Virus record (IMG/VR): IMGVR_UViG_3300025030_001570
Coordinates: 1-50,148 of that record
DNA length: 50,148 bases
Source: a virus
Taxonomy: Duplodnaviria; Caudoviricetes
Strand: one strand, 5' to 3'
Shown in pieces: positions 8,008-17,975 of the stretch. How positions within the stretch are numbered: position 1 is the first letter of the stretch; each line of letters opens with the position of its first letter. The notes below the pieces were generated by a model. It was not told the origin of the DNA and made no database searches. It saw only the letters and a list, made by a program, of their open reading frames with translations. A program made the position numbers and the translations under genes.

Positions 8008-9741
8008 TTAGAAACCGCCTAAAGAACCTTGTTCTCCAGCGAATTGATCTAATGTGCTAGGAGCAGTAGGTTGAGCTTGAGGCAACTGTTGGGGTGTCCC
8101 ACCTGCTGCTGCTCCTGTCCATTCCCCTGGGCCTGGGATCGGAGCATTCTGTAGTAATTGTTTTAATACATCTAGTTTAGTTTTCGCTGTAGTACTAGTA
8201 TCAGATAAACTAGGAATATATTGGCTTGCAAGTTCAAAGTCTTTATCGGAGATTCTAGCTCCTTGATAAGCCCTAAGAACATTAAGTTTAAGAATCTTAT
8301 ATTTCTGACCTAGTGCAATCACCTCGTTTGGTACGCCAGCACCACCTAAACGATCTAATTGAAAGTCATATAGTCTACCTTTTGCGGGGCCGTAACCCAA
8401 TTTATCAGCACCCTCAATCTGACTCATTGTAAAGTTTGCTTTGTTTATAAATTCTTCACTTGAACTTGCTGCTTGAGTTTTCTTTTGGTCTGCGTTTATT
8501 AACTGATAAATTGATTTATATACATTTAAATTCTGTGGGTCTGCCAACATTGCCATAATCAACTGTTCTTTAGTTAATCCCAATGGAGAAGCTTCAGCCT
8601 GTTGGGTAGGAGTTTCAGAGGGTAGTGCCTCTGCTCCACCTATCCCACTTACTCCAGGTACTCCACTAGGTTGTTCTGGGGGAGGAGTTGTGGTTTCTGT
8701 TGGAGTACTAGTCGCTGTCGGTAACAGAGATGGCAATCTAGTTCCTGCTTGGGCTGCCGCCACACCTGCTACTCTAGGTATTCTTGATAAGGCCTCTGCC
8801 CCAACTTGGGCCCCTCGTCCCGCAATATCTGCTCCTGTTTGAACTGCTCCCATTCCAGGCAAGTTGACACCAATTAAAGGAAGTCTTAAACTGGATTGAG
8901 CTGCTTTAGTTAATGCTGGAGCTCCTGCAAAAAGGTTGGCTTGTTGTGAAAGTAACTGTCCTGCTTCTTCAGATAAATCATTAATAGCATCTCTTAACCC
9001 TCCATAGAACCCTCGATTAACAATAGCTTTAGGTGATGTTCCAGCTAATTGTTTACCAGCCTCGACACGTAGTATATCTAAAGCCTTACCAGGAATTTTA
9101 TTATTTATTACCTTTTGTTCTAGTTGCTGTATAAGTTGATTCTTAGGTGCTAAAAATGGTTCATCAGTAAAACCAGATAATGACTTTTCTATAAATGTTC
9201 TTACTGTAGGAGCATCAGCACTTTTCTTTGAAATTAACTTCCCTACTGCTTTATTCAAAGTATCAACAGTAGGTTGTAAAACTTCTCTTTTTGCTTGAGC
9301 CGCTCCAGGCTTAGTAAATGCTTGTATAGTTTTTAGGACATCAGCTTCTTTAGTCGCAGCTCCTATTCCTTTACCTACAGTTCCAGGTTTTATACCTGTA
9401 GAAAATTTCTGTAAACCAATTCCTGTTTTACCTAAAGCCGATATTGCCTTTCCAGCTACTACTGGAGCTAGCCCACCAAGAGCAGCTTCCGTTGCAAGAC
9501 CAGGAAGATTAAAACCCTCACCTCTTGGTCTTCTAAATAGAAATTGTTCTAATAATTCGCCACCGCCAGCACCCGCTGCACCACCAAGAGGCCCACCACC
9601 TAAAAAACCACCGATACCACCAATTAGAGGCAACACATTAAACCTTTCAAGAAAACCTTGCTGTGGTGGTTGTGCAACCTGACCTAAAGGTGTCTGTTCT
9701 TGCATTGCTAGTATCTGTTGTAGTTCAGTTAATGTCGCCAT
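8008..9741 (-). CDS. Probable internal virion / DNA-ejection protein
   Basis: 577 aa, Gly/Ala/Gln-rich and helical, Gly-zipper GGIGGFLGGGPLGGAAGAGGG; distal end of the structural operon. Confidence 0.6.
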   Translation of the reverse strand: MATLTELQQILAMQEQTPLGQVAQPPQQGFLERFNVLPLIGGIGGFLGGGPLGGAAGAGGGELLEQFLFRRPRGEGFNLPGLATEAALGGLAPVVAGKAISALGKTGIGLQKFSTGIKPGTVGKGIGAATKEADVLKTIQAFTKPGAAQAKREVLQPTVDTLNKAVGKLISKKSADAPTVRTFIEKSLSGFTDEPFLAPKNQLIQQLEQKVINNKIPGKALDILRVEAGKQLAGTSPKAIVNRGFYGGLRDAINDLSEEAGQLLSQQANLFAGAPALTKAAQSSLRLPLIGVNLPGMGAVQTGADIAGRGAQVGAEALSRIPRVAGVAAAQAGTRLPSLLPTATSTPTETTTPPPEQPSGVPGVSGIGGAEALPSETPTQQAEASPLGLTKEQLIMAMLADPQNLNVYKSIYQLINADQKKTQAASSSEEFINKANFTMSQIEGADKLGYGPAKGRLYDFQLDRLGGAGVPNEVIALGQKYKILKLNVLRAYQGARISDKDFELASQYIPSLSDTSTTAKTKLDVLKQLLQNAPIPGPGEWTGAAAGGTPQQLPQAQPTAPSTLDQFAGEQGSLGGF

Positions 9742-9743
9742 AG

Positions 9744-10628
9744 CTATCTCGGACTCTGTCCGTATAATCCTCCAGTAATATTTATTGGGCCTAATCCTCC
9801 TGGTATATTCAGTGCAGATGTACCAGTTTTAACAAACTCACTTCCTGCTCCTGTACCTACTAATGGTTTACCTGTACCTCCTAATTTAGTTACTAAATCG
9901 GCGTGTAATTTCCAGAGTTGTCCTACTGTTTTAGCGTCTGTGATACCTGATTTCTGTAAAGTATCAATTTGTTTCCAGACATCAAACTCAGTTCCACCCC
10001 TAGCTCGTATAGTTGAGTTTATCTTATTCCAAATTTCTTTGGCAGTAAGCTGTTTCTCTCCACCCCCCGTTTTAGTACCAGCTTGCCCACTCATTAAAGC
10101 AGTTAAAATATCTAATGGATTACTTCCCTGACTAGCTGCCGCTTGTCTTCGTTGCAAGTCAAGCTGTTGCATCTGCATAAACTCATTCAACCTATCCAAA
10201 TATGATTGTCGTGCTAATTCTGATTGACTCTGAGCTTGGGTGGCGGCGGCTTGGAAACTTCTAGTACCAGCCCCCACAATGTCCTCAATTCCACCCATTC
10301 TCTGACCAAGCAATCCTGCTTGGGCGATAGCGGGGGCGGCTGTCGCACTGCCCCTTTCAGCTGCCATTCTCAATCTCTCAAAAGGGTTACGAATATCAGC
10401 AAATTGAGCAGCGGCTTGGGAAGGGGCGGCTACCAAATTAGATACACTCTGGCTAAACTGATTAAGTACGTCTTGATTCTCATTGAACAATGTATTTACC
10501 CGTTTCTTGAGGGTATCTTCTATCGTTGGCATACCAGCAGCAAAACCAGCCGCTCGTTGAGAAGCAACCTGTGATTGCTGTCTTAGTGCCTGTATGTCTT
10601 GTGGTAAGTCTGTTCCTACGTTAGCCAT
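9744..10628 (-). CDS. Probable internal virion / ejection protein
   Basis: Ala/Gln-rich helical; position. Confidence 0.55.
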   Translation of the reverse strand: MANVGTDLPQDIQALRQQSQVASQRAAGFAAGMPTIEDTLKKRVNTLFNENQDVLNQFSQSVSNLVAAPSQAAAQFADIRNPFERLRMAAERGSATAAPAIAQAGLLGQRMGGIEDIVGAGTRSFQAAATQAQSQSELARQSYLDRLNEFMQMQQLDLQRRQAAASQGSNPLDILTALMSGQAGTKTGGGEKQLTAKEIWNKINSTIRARGGTEFDVWKQIDTLQKSGITDAKTVGQLWKLHADLVTKLGGTGKPLVGTGAGSEFVKTGTSALNIPGGLGPINITGGLYGQSPR

Positions 10629-10637
10629 ATATATATA

Positions 10638-11558
10638 TTATAATCCTATGCTTCTGCTTGGTTCAAACAATGCTGGCGTTCTCGGTGCAAACTGCGTTGG
10701 GTTAAATTGCTGAAGCAAACCTAAGTTACGCTGTTGCTGCTCTGCCGCAGTACCAAAAGGAAACCTTTGAGCAAAGGTGAGTAACTTTGGCAAAGCTTGT
10801 TGAGCAAATCCCTGTTTGATTAAACTTGTAGTAATATCTTCTGTGCCTGTAATTCTGCTCTGCTCAAGCTCCGCCTTCTGTCTTTCCATTTGCTCGGCTG
10901 CTGTTTCAAACTGTCTACCTCGTTCAGCCTCGGCCACACCAAGTTTCCTTCGAGAGATACCGCTAAAGAGTTCATTACTAGCTGCTAGCCCCTCCAAAGC
11001 AGCGTCTTTAGCTTGTTGGTAGACTATATTGGCTCTGCCAGCAAGCCCTCTGGTTGTGCCTTTTAGTTCATCTATAAGTTTATTACGAGTGTCAAAAGAT
11101 TCTAACTTAGTTCCCACATCAGAAAGAAACTCATTCAAGACTCTTTCATATTCTGGCTGTACCATCTCCCTTGCTGCTTTCTGACTTGATTCAGTTAATC
11201 CCTTATCAATGGCTAGTGGGTCGTTAACAAATAACTTTTTATATAAATCAGTTTGTTGTTGGACAAACTTCTTAGCATTATCAACTATTGAATTCTCTAC
11301 CGTCTGTGGGGTAGAAACCTTTGGTGCGGTGGCGGTTGTGGTTCTGGCTGTTGCAGCAGTGCCAACTTTTGTCGGTGTGCCACCAGCGTAGGGAGTTAGC
11401 ACACTCTTATACTGAGCTGGTGCAGAAGCCACGGATGTGGGAGCAAAAGAAATAATCCTTACGCCTGGGTTTTTGGCAGCGAAAGTAGTCTGCCAATCAG
11501 GACGGTTACTACCCCACCAGTACGTTCCTTTGTTTGTTTGAACACGATAGACGGCCAT
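10638..11558 (-). CDS. Probable internal virion / ejection protein
   Basis: Helical, Ala/Gln-rich C-terminal half; position. Confidence 0.55.
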   Translation of the reverse strand: MAVYRVQTNKGTYWWGSNRPDWQTTFAAKNPGVRIISFAPTSVASAPAQYKSVLTPYAGGTPTKVGTAATARTTTATAPKVSTPQTVENSIVDNAKKFVQQQTDLYKKLFVNDPLAIDKGLTESSQKAAREMVQPEYERVLNEFLSDVGTKLESFDTRNKLIDELKGTTRGLAGRANIVYQQAKDAALEGLAASNELFSGISRRKLGVAEAERGRQFETAAEQMERQKAELEQSRITGTEDITTSLIKQGFAQQALPKLLTFAQRFPFGTAAEQQQRNLGLLQQFNPTQFAPRTPALFEPSRSIGL

Positions 11559-11576
11559 TGTGCTTTAAGTATAACA

Positions 11577-12392
11577 TTACTCAGGCAGTTTGTAGTTTGT
11601 TAATTGGTACTTAAATTTGAAATCGGTTGCAGAACAAGTAGCAGGAAAGAAAGCAGCTCCGTTAGCTATTCTTGACACCCTAAACCTAATCTTACTGTTG
11701 TCTATATAAACTTCTGTTGAAGTAGCACACTGACCAGGCCCAAAGCCAGAGGGTGCTGGCGTATAGTTGATACCACCACGTTCCGAGTCATTATATAAAA
11801 TGAAGTGAGCTGCATAGCTTAATTTATGAGTAACATCACTAGTAGCAGTGTCCTCCTCAACACTCTCAGTTGGGCCAAGTTGCCCCATACTAATGGTAAC
11901 ATCTCCCTGTTGTACTATGTTCAACATCTGAAATCCAGAAGTAACAGATAAGAGGCGGTCTATAGCTGTTCTGACATCTATATCTGTCTCAGACAGTTTA
12001 AGTCCTACTTTATCTTTATCCAACTTAGAACCAACATTAGGTGTTGGTGTAGCAGGATCAACAAAAGCCACATAAACTAATTGATTGGCGGAATCACAGC
12101 TAAGCTGTATGTTTGAGGCGTTGCTGGTAATCTTCCCATAGACAGAGTTCTCAAAGCCAGATGTATTTAATGGGTTGAGATCGTACTGAGGAAAATATTT
12201 ACTGTTGTTTAGTATGTAACCCACCACAGTGATTGGATAACCAAACGGATGATTTATTGTTTGGCTAGTTCCACTTATCTTACCAGCCTTCCAGATTTTA
12301 GGGTGAATATAGTCACTACTAAAAGATACATCTCTGTCCCTAGCAGAGGTAACATCAATATTAGGCTTGGATACCTTAATACCAAAACTCAT
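11577..12392 (-). CDS. Tail-associated structural protein
   Basis: GIKVSKPNIDV...FSSDY module, repeated internally (GLKLSETDIDV). Confidence 0.55.
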   Translation of the reverse strand: MSFGIKVSKPNIDVTSARDRDVSFSSDYIHPKIWKAGKISGTSQTINHPFGYPITVVGYILNNSKYFPQYDLNPLNTSGFENSVYGKITSNASNIQLSCDSANQLVYVAFVDPATPTPNVGSKLDKDKVGLKLSETDIDVRTAIDRLLSVTSGFQMLNIVQQGDVTISMGQLGPTESVEEDTATSDVTHKLSYAAHFILYNDSERGGINYTPAPSGFGPGQCATSTEVYIDNSKIRFRVSRIANGAAFFPATCSATDFKFKYQLTNYKLPE

Positions 12393-12790
12393 TGTAACTC
12401 CTCATCAATATATATCTTGCATAAAATCTTTAAAGTATAATCTGATCCTTGTACTGTAACCCAACCTATTCTAGAAGTAAGCGCATTAGTAGTAATGGTA
12501 TCAACAATACCTTTTGTTGGATTTGTTAAGCTATCATCACTAATACCTGGTACTCGGAAAAATCTGCCTGCTGTATCCTCACAGGTTATCTCATAGGCTG
12601 GATTATACCCTAGATTGTGGGTGAAAGTAACAGTATTGTTAAAATCACCAGCCGTAATAGTAACTGTGGTAGGAAAAGAAATAAACTTTTTTTGCTTTAG
12701 AGTATAGTATTCTGAGTAGAATACTAATGATCTTTCAGGAGCATTAGTTGCATCTTGATCTGGTAAAGATATCTTGATTCCTGTAGCCAT
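12389..12790 (-). CDS. Tail-associated structural protein, paralogue of 11577..12392
   Basis: GIKISLPDQDA...FYSEY...HNLGYNPAY. Confidence 0.55.
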   Translation of the reverse strand: MATGIKISLPDQDATNAPERSLVFYSEYYTLKQKKFISFPTTVTITAGDFNNTVTFTHNLGYNPAYEITCEDTAGRFFRVPGISDDSLTNPTKGIVDTITTNALTSRIGWVTVQGSDYTLKILCKIYIDEELQ

Positions 12791-13035
12791 CAATCAAAGT
12801 TACCTATAATAACTCTATTAACATCGTTTCTATCCTTCACCAATATCCGCCCCTTCACTGTGTCAATAGAGATTAGACTGCCTTTAAAACTTTCAGTTCT
12901 AGCCCCGAAGTCATCAGCACTCTGAAACTCTGGTATCGGTATGGTCTTAAAAAGACTGCGGTTCAAACCCATATCAAGATAGGTCTTTCTTAAATTCCGT
13001 AATGTTTGAATTGCTTCATCGTCTAGTAAACTCAT
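12790..13035 (-). CDS. Small tail-associated protein
   Basis: 81 aa ending RILVKD.NDVNRVIIG; coupled on both sides. Confidence 0.55.
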   Translation of the reverse strand: MSLLDDEAIQTLRNLRKTYLDMGLNRSLFKTIPIPEFQSADDFGARTESFKGSLISIDTVKGRILVKDRNDVNRVIIGNFD

Positions 13036-14531
13036 CGTTCGACCTTTCCGCCAGAATAAAACAGGCTAAGTTTCTCCAGTAAAAAACTGGCTCCCGTTCC
13101 ACTCTCAGTTGCTTCAAAATCTATACCTCTAAGCTCCCTCTCGTGAACTGGGAAAGCTTGGGAAATTGGCCTGAAGTCCTTATCGTCTGGGTGGGGCTGT
13201 CTTATTCTCCTATACCCGATGGATAAATTCTGTCCGCCTTGAGTGTATTCTTCCATCCTCTCACCGCTCACGGTAGCCTCTGGTGCAATAGGATAATATG
13301 TTTTAGTTCGCAGTCTGAATGGTATAGCACTACCATCAAAATCAGTACCAGTCTCAAGCTGATAAACGTGACCGTCAGAGAAGCCAGCATATATCTTGTG
13401 GGCATTGCTTTCCACCCAAGGTGCCGTAACCGTAATTGAATGGGCAAGGCTCATCAACGACCAGTTGTCCAGCGTTATATCATACACTAACACACAATCA
13501 GTAATGGCTGGCAGATCGGTAAATAAGTTTGTTGAAGTATTACCGACATAAAATTTAACAAACCTGGCATTATCAGTCCAAGCTGTCACGTTAGCGTAGT
13601 TGCTGGATGAGATGGCCTCAACCACATCCCAGATCGGTTCACTGATTAGTTCTGCTGTAACCCCATTGTATCGCCAAATACCTGTCGGGTGGAAGTAGAA
13701 AGTGAAGTCTTTAAGATTAACGAGTGACCGGTGGGAAGTAGTACCTGGTACTTGCTTAACCTGTTCTGTCGAAGCCCCATCCCATCTATGTAAAGAGTTC
13801 TGTTTAAAGATAAGCAGTCTGCCAGAGTTATCACCTAAGCCCTTAATGAAATCGCCATCGTTGCTGTTGATGTCAAAGTAATTAGAGCCAACCCAAAAGT
13901 ATTGTCCTGTACCAGTATTAGTCACATTTTCGGTTAAGGTTATTTGAGTTTCACTATCAATCGAAGAGACAATATATTTCTTAGCATTATTGCCAGAAGT
14001 GATAAAGAACTCATCGCCAACTTTTATACCCCTAGTCTTAAAGACTGAACCAGCCGAGGTAACCACCGCACTAGAAGCTGTGGTGGCTAAATCTACTCCC
14101 GACTCAAAACCCCAAGTGATAGTCCAAGCCCCATTAGCGTCTTGGGTAGGTACGTTTGAAACCCAAACACGGGAAGGAAAAGCTGTCCTACCGTTGGCAA
14201 TAAGAATAGTAATATCGCCTAGATACATTTTATTCTGAAATACTTTAGGGTAAGTGCCGATTGGTGAATCGGTTACGTTAGCGGTTAATGACCAGGAGCT
14301 GCCGTTATATGTTCTATTAAGGTCTGTGCCATTACACCAAAACTGGTAGTCTAAGAACTCTTCGTGGTAAGTATATGTATCAGCAGTTAAGTATTTGCCA
14401 ACCCCACTTTGCAATTCCCAATTATCATTGCCTGAATTCCAGACCCAGAAGTGGCGGTTTTTAAGTGCCACTAGTTTCTCAGTACCCGTAGAAGTATTTA
14501 ATGCCCCAAGTCCATATATGCTATCAGCCAT
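13032..14531 (-). CDS. Tail nozzle / stabilisation protein (beta-propeller), main part
   Basis: Beta-rich; LLIFKQNSLHRWDG, GIWRYNG, IPFRLRTK; downstream of the adaptor. Confidence 0.65.
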   Translation of the reverse strand: MADSIYGLGALNTSTGTEKLVALKNRHFWVWNSGNDNWELQSGVGKYLTADTYTYHEEFLDYQFWCNGTDLNRTYNGSSWSLTANVTDSPIGTYPKVFQNKMYLGDITILIANGRTAFPSRVWVSNVPTQDANGAWTITWGFESGVDLATTASSAVVTSAGSVFKTRGIKVGDEFFITSGNNAKKYIVSSIDSETQITLTENVTNTGTGQYFWVGSNYFDINSNDGDFIKGLGDNSGRLLIFKQNSLHRWDGASTEQVKQVPGTTSHRSLVNLKDFTFYFHPTGIWRYNGVTAELISEPIWDVVEAISSSNYANVTAWTDNARFVKFYVGNTSTNLFTDLPAITDCVLVYDITLDNWSLMSLAHSITVTAPWVESNAHKIYAGFSDGHVYQLETGTDFDGSAIPFRLRTKTYYPIAPEATVSGERMEEYTQGGQNLSIGYRRIRQPHPDDKDFRPISQAFPVHERELRGIDFEATESGTGASFLLEKLSLFYSGGKVER

Positions 14532-14545
14532 ACTTATAGTATAAC

Positions 14546-14800
14546 CTAAGCCGTAGTTGTTGAGCTAGAGCTGGTGGTGGTGGAACTAGTTGAAGTAGAG
14601 GTGGAAGTAGTAGTTGCACCAGCAGTGGGTACATTGTTACCTTTTTGTGTGTAGCCTTTAACTTTCTGCACTCCTCCGATTCTGGAGAAGTCAGCATTGA
14701 TGGCTAGTGAGACTTCATTTTCCTGACCTAAAAACTTAGTGGTCTTTCGCTGTATACCACCCACAAAGCTGTTGATTGGAAACACTTTTTCTTCAGCCAT
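14546..14800 (-). CDS. Nozzle N-terminal fragment with a Ser/Thr tail
   Basis: SFVGG...ENE...NADF...GGVQKVKG resembles nozzle N-termini; ends in a 21-aa S/T tract. Confidence 0.6.
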   Translation of the reverse strand: MAEEKVFPINSFVGGIQRKTTKFLGQENEVSLAINADFSRIGGVQKVKGYTQKGNNVPTAGATTTSTSTSTSSTTTSSSSTTTA

Positions 14801-16015
14801 TTAAAAATAGTTCTCCCTTTGGGTATCGGAATATGCATCTTCACGGCTACCAAAAAGCTTAGCTCTGCCTCTGTGCCCCCGCCACTTGAGAAACTCTGCT
14901 TCACCAACCTCACGGCGTTGCAGTCTCTTTAACATCTCTATTCCCTGTAAGTATTGGTTGTGGTATGTCTCAGCAGTAGTAAAGTTTTCCTTACTCTTAT
15001 AATATTGAGAGAGAGAATAGTTAACTAATATCTCTGGCAAAGGTACTGGCGTGGTATCGCCGAAACTGTCAAGAGTAGCCATCTCTTTATAATACCTAAC
15101 GGTGAAAACAAGACTTGAGGTTTCTGGTACTGGATGAACGCCAAAGTATCCTTTAGCTGAATCGCCATCTGGCGGAAGCAGAGTGTAATACTTCAAGGTA
15201 TCATCATCAGGCATTGTAGCGTCATCAATTCTAAGCTGGTCAAACTCTGGCAAAGGAACAAAATGCAGTCGGTAATTTAATTGAGTGTCATCAAAAAGCA
15301 AGGCTTCCATTCTAGCAAAGTCGCTTGGCAAAGCGTAGTTATATTGGGAAGCAGTCGTTACTGTAGACGTAGTTTCTGTTAAAAGAAACCACCAGCGGTC
15401 ATAGTTAGCTTCTATTCTATCATGGCAATCGTTGAAGTATTTAATTATTTGCTCATCTGATAAGGCTTGATGGTCTGGTATCCCTGCAAACTGTCTAACC
15501 TCGGCTATCAAATAACCAACGCTGGTTCTACCTAAACCTGTGCCAGCCAGCTCATCTGAGTACGAAGAGTATGTGCCAGAAGCCGCATTGTAGAACCGCC
15601 ATTTATAGGTATCGGTTGAGATACCAGCCGCTACGCTAACGATAGTAAAACCATCTGGTGCATCAATATCTATATCAATTAAACCTTCAACAATAAGCGC
15701 ATAAGCACCAGCACTAGGTTTTCTTTCAAGAGAGATTTGATTATATAAACTACGAAAGATAGCAGTACCAGAAGAATGAGCAAACTTAGTCGTACCGCTT
15801 AAGGTTACTGTATTGTTGCCTGTAATAGAAGCAACTCTAACTAGTTCTGTTTGCTCCTCACCTGGGTTGCCTAAAGATAGATAATCATTGGCAGCTATAT
15901 CGTCATTGGAAGCTACAGTAAGAGAAGAAGCCGCTGCCGCAGAATTAGCAGTAAGGTTAGTAACCTCTTCACGAGAAACATCTGGATTTTTTATAGAAAG
16001 TCTAATACCAGCCAT
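14801..16015 (-). CDS. Head-tail adaptor / tail tubular A-like protein with extra N-terminal domain
   Basis: IIKYFND...WWFL...YALPSDF...GVHPVP...VRYY pattern; start moved to MAGIRL, after TGCTATACT. Confidence 0.65.
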   Translation of the reverse strand: MAGIRLSIKNPDVSREEVTNLTANSAAAASSLTVASNDDIAANDYLSLGNPGEEQTELVRVASITGNNTVTLSGTTKFAHSSGTAIFRSLYNQISLERKPSAGAYALIVEGLIDIDIDAPDGFTIVSVAAGISTDTYKWRFYNAASGTYSSYSDELAGTGLGRTSVGYLIAEVRQFAGIPDHQALSDEQIIKYFNDCHDRIEANYDRWWFLLTETTSTVTTASQYNYALPSDFARMEALLFDDTQLNYRLHFVPLPEFDQLRIDDATMPDDDTLKYYTLLPPDGDSAKGYFGVHPVPETSSLVFTVRYYKEMATLDSFGDTTPVPLPEILVNYSLSQYYKSKENFTTAETYHNQYLQGIEMLKRLQRREVGEAEFLKWRGHRGRAKLFGSREDAYSDTQRENYF

Positions 16016-16096
16016 GCTTAAAGTATAGCATAGTAACCCACCCTTACCCGTTGTCTTAAAATGCCTCAGCAAAAGAAGACAACACGCCGTAAAAGA

Positions 16097-16294
16097 TTAT
16101 TTCTTATCTACACCCGCTCTGAGGAATACACCAGCAAGACCAGCAATAATCACTTCTACTGCACTAACAACTTGCGGATCTACTTGGTCAACTACCACAC
16201 CGAACTGTTTACCCAGTTCAATAAGGACTAGAAGGGCAACAGCAAGATAGGTTCTATTGCCTTTACCTGGTACGGAACTAACTAAATTATTTAT
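16097..16294 (-). CDS. Holin-like two-TM protein, ATA start
   Basis: (I)NNLVSSVPGKGNRTYLAVALLVLIELGKQFGVVVDQVDPQVVSAVEVIIAGLAGVFLRAGVDKK; SD AGGGGGTGA 5 nt before ATA; next to the endolysin. Confidence 0.65.
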   Translation of the reverse strand: MNNLVSSVPGKGNRTYLAVALLVLIELGKQFGVVVDQVDPQVVSAVEVIIAGLAGVFLRAGVDKK

Positions 16295-16368
16295 TTAAAT
16301 CACCCCCTTTCTAAATAAGTTTAGGGCTTTCCCTGGAGAGTACTTGCGCTTTAAACGCCGATATTGTT

Positions 16369-17244
16369 TCATTGCTTTCCGAAAAGCTTTTGTCTTAGCC
16401 ATCTTGATAACTCATCTACCCAGTCTGGTGCTGGTTCTATTGGCTCGCTGTCAGTATAAATTAGGTCTGTAAGCCTTTGAATCGCCTTTAAACGAGTCTT
16501 TTGGTCAGAGTTAGGTTCCAGCCCCAATGCCGCATCTACTTGATGGCTTTCCTCTAGTAACTGAGCCAACATTCCTGTCTTTTCCAAGAAGTCTTTTTTA
16601 ACAAGCTCGTAAGTGTTTCTAACTTCCTTCAAGTCTGCGTCTATCGTCCCAACTTTTTTTTCCAACTCAGCAATCTGAGCCAGGGCGGTAATGAGTTTAG
16701 CGTTGGTCGCTCTATAATCTTTTAAGTACCGCACGGCACTAGCGTTCCATTGTTGGGCTGATAAAGTAACTGGTTTGCCGTTTTTACCTTTGAATAATCC
16801 TGATGTATCAGTAAACACGTCTAAGCCTCCGCTCTTGGTATTATAATACTTTTGGAAGTTTGGGAAAGTGGTAGGAGTTCCTTTGTATCTAAACTCGCAA
16901 TGGGCATGTGCTCCAGTACTGTTTCCAGAGTTTCCAGTGCTTGCAAATGGGTAGTTAACGACTCCAGTCCCTTGCGAGGCACTGCCACATAGGTGTGCGA
17001 TGAGGATTTCCCAAGACCCACCAACCCCAATTTTGATAAAATTTCCGTAATCTCTTGTGGTGAGAGTGCCCGTGTTTTTCCAATTCTGTGTACAACCATA
17101 CTTTTGGACTCGGCTAATAAGTTGATATGCCAGCGGAGCATACGCCTTCGTACCAATAGGGGTAGCCACATCATAGCCTTTGTGAGAGCTAGAGTAGCCT
17201 CGACTAATCTTATGAGTGCCTTTAAATAAAAGGATGGTAGCCAT
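16369..17244 (-). CDS. Endolysin, M23 peptidase with C-terminal coiled coil
   Basis: HKGYD, YGN, GNSGNSTGAHAH (HxxxD and HxH Zn ligands). Confidence 0.85.
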   Translation of the reverse strand: MATILLFKGTHKISRGYSSSHKGYDVATPIGTKAYAPLAYQLISRVQKYGCTQNWKNTGTLTTRDYGNFIKIGVGGSWEILIAHLCGSASQGTGVVNYPFASTGNSGNSTGAHAHCEFRYKGTPTTFPNFQKYYNTKSGGLDVFTDTSGLFKGKNGKPVTLSAQQWNASAVRYLKDYRATNAKLITALAQIAELEKKVGTIDADLKEVRNTYELVKKDFLEKTGMLAQLLEESHQVDAALGLEPNSDQKTRLKAIQRLTDLIYTDSEPIEPAPDWVDELSRWLRQKLFGKQ

Positions 17245-17245
17245 T

Positions 17246-17464
17246 TCATTTGTTTGGTGTTACTTTACCATTTAACGCTTTAAAGTAAGTTACTAGCTCA
17301 CTAGTAACTTGAGTATTCTTCCTGATACTTTCAACAAGTTCTCTATTAGTTCTATCTGTTTTATCCAAGTGTTGAGTAAGCCAACGAATTATCCACGAAA
17401 GAATAGTCACCACCGCTAAAGCTATTAATATTCCCCCACCCTGCACAAGCTGCTCTGTTGACAT
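17246..17464 (-). CDS. Holin-like single-TM protein
   Basis: N-terminal TM then coiled coil; AAGGAGGT upstream; directly before the endolysin. Confidence 0.6.
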   Translation of the reverse strand: MSTEQLVQGGGILIALAVVTILSWIIRWLTQHLDKTDRTNRELVESIRKNTQVTSELVTYFKALNGKVTPNK

Positions 17465-17493
17465 TACTACATACCTCCTTGTATAATTAAATT

Positions 17494-17928
17494 ATGTCTT
17501 GGATTGTATTTTCCCATCATAAAAAAGGTTATATCGCTGTATCTATGCCAAATCACCCTTTTGCTAGAAAAGGAGGGAGTGTTTTGGAGCATCGCCTTGT
17601 AATGGAGAAAAAAATTGGTAGATATCTTACACCTATTGAAAGAGTCCATCATATAGATGGAGATACTATTAATAATCATCCTGATAATCTTGAACTTTTT
17701 GACAACCCCTCTAAACACAATGCCCATCCCCATAATAGGTATCAAGGTTGGTTTCCTAAAGGAGTTGCCCCTTGGAATAAAACTTTTACCACGAAAGTTT
17801 GTGAAATTTGCCAAAAAGTTTATGAGCTGTCGCCAAGAGCATCGGAAAAAAGAAGAACTTGTTCCAAAAAATGTTTTGGAAAATTTATGTCTCATAAAAT
17901 GAGAGGCAACCTTTTTGCTAAAAAGTAA
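17494..17928 (+). mobile_element. Free-standing HNH homing endonuclease, antisense to the late operon
   Basis: EHRLVME...VHHIDGD..NN.PDNL; FPKG..PWNK; C-terminal CEIC...CSKKC. Confidence 0.85.
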
Positions 17929-17975
17929 AACACCTGCTTGGATTATAGTTTGTTCTGTCATATATTTAGTATAAC

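Noticed and set aside
17467-17961. 164-aa - strand ORF as a functional protein
   Set aside because: Apart from the first 12 or so codons it is the antisense of the HNH gene; treated as a relic start
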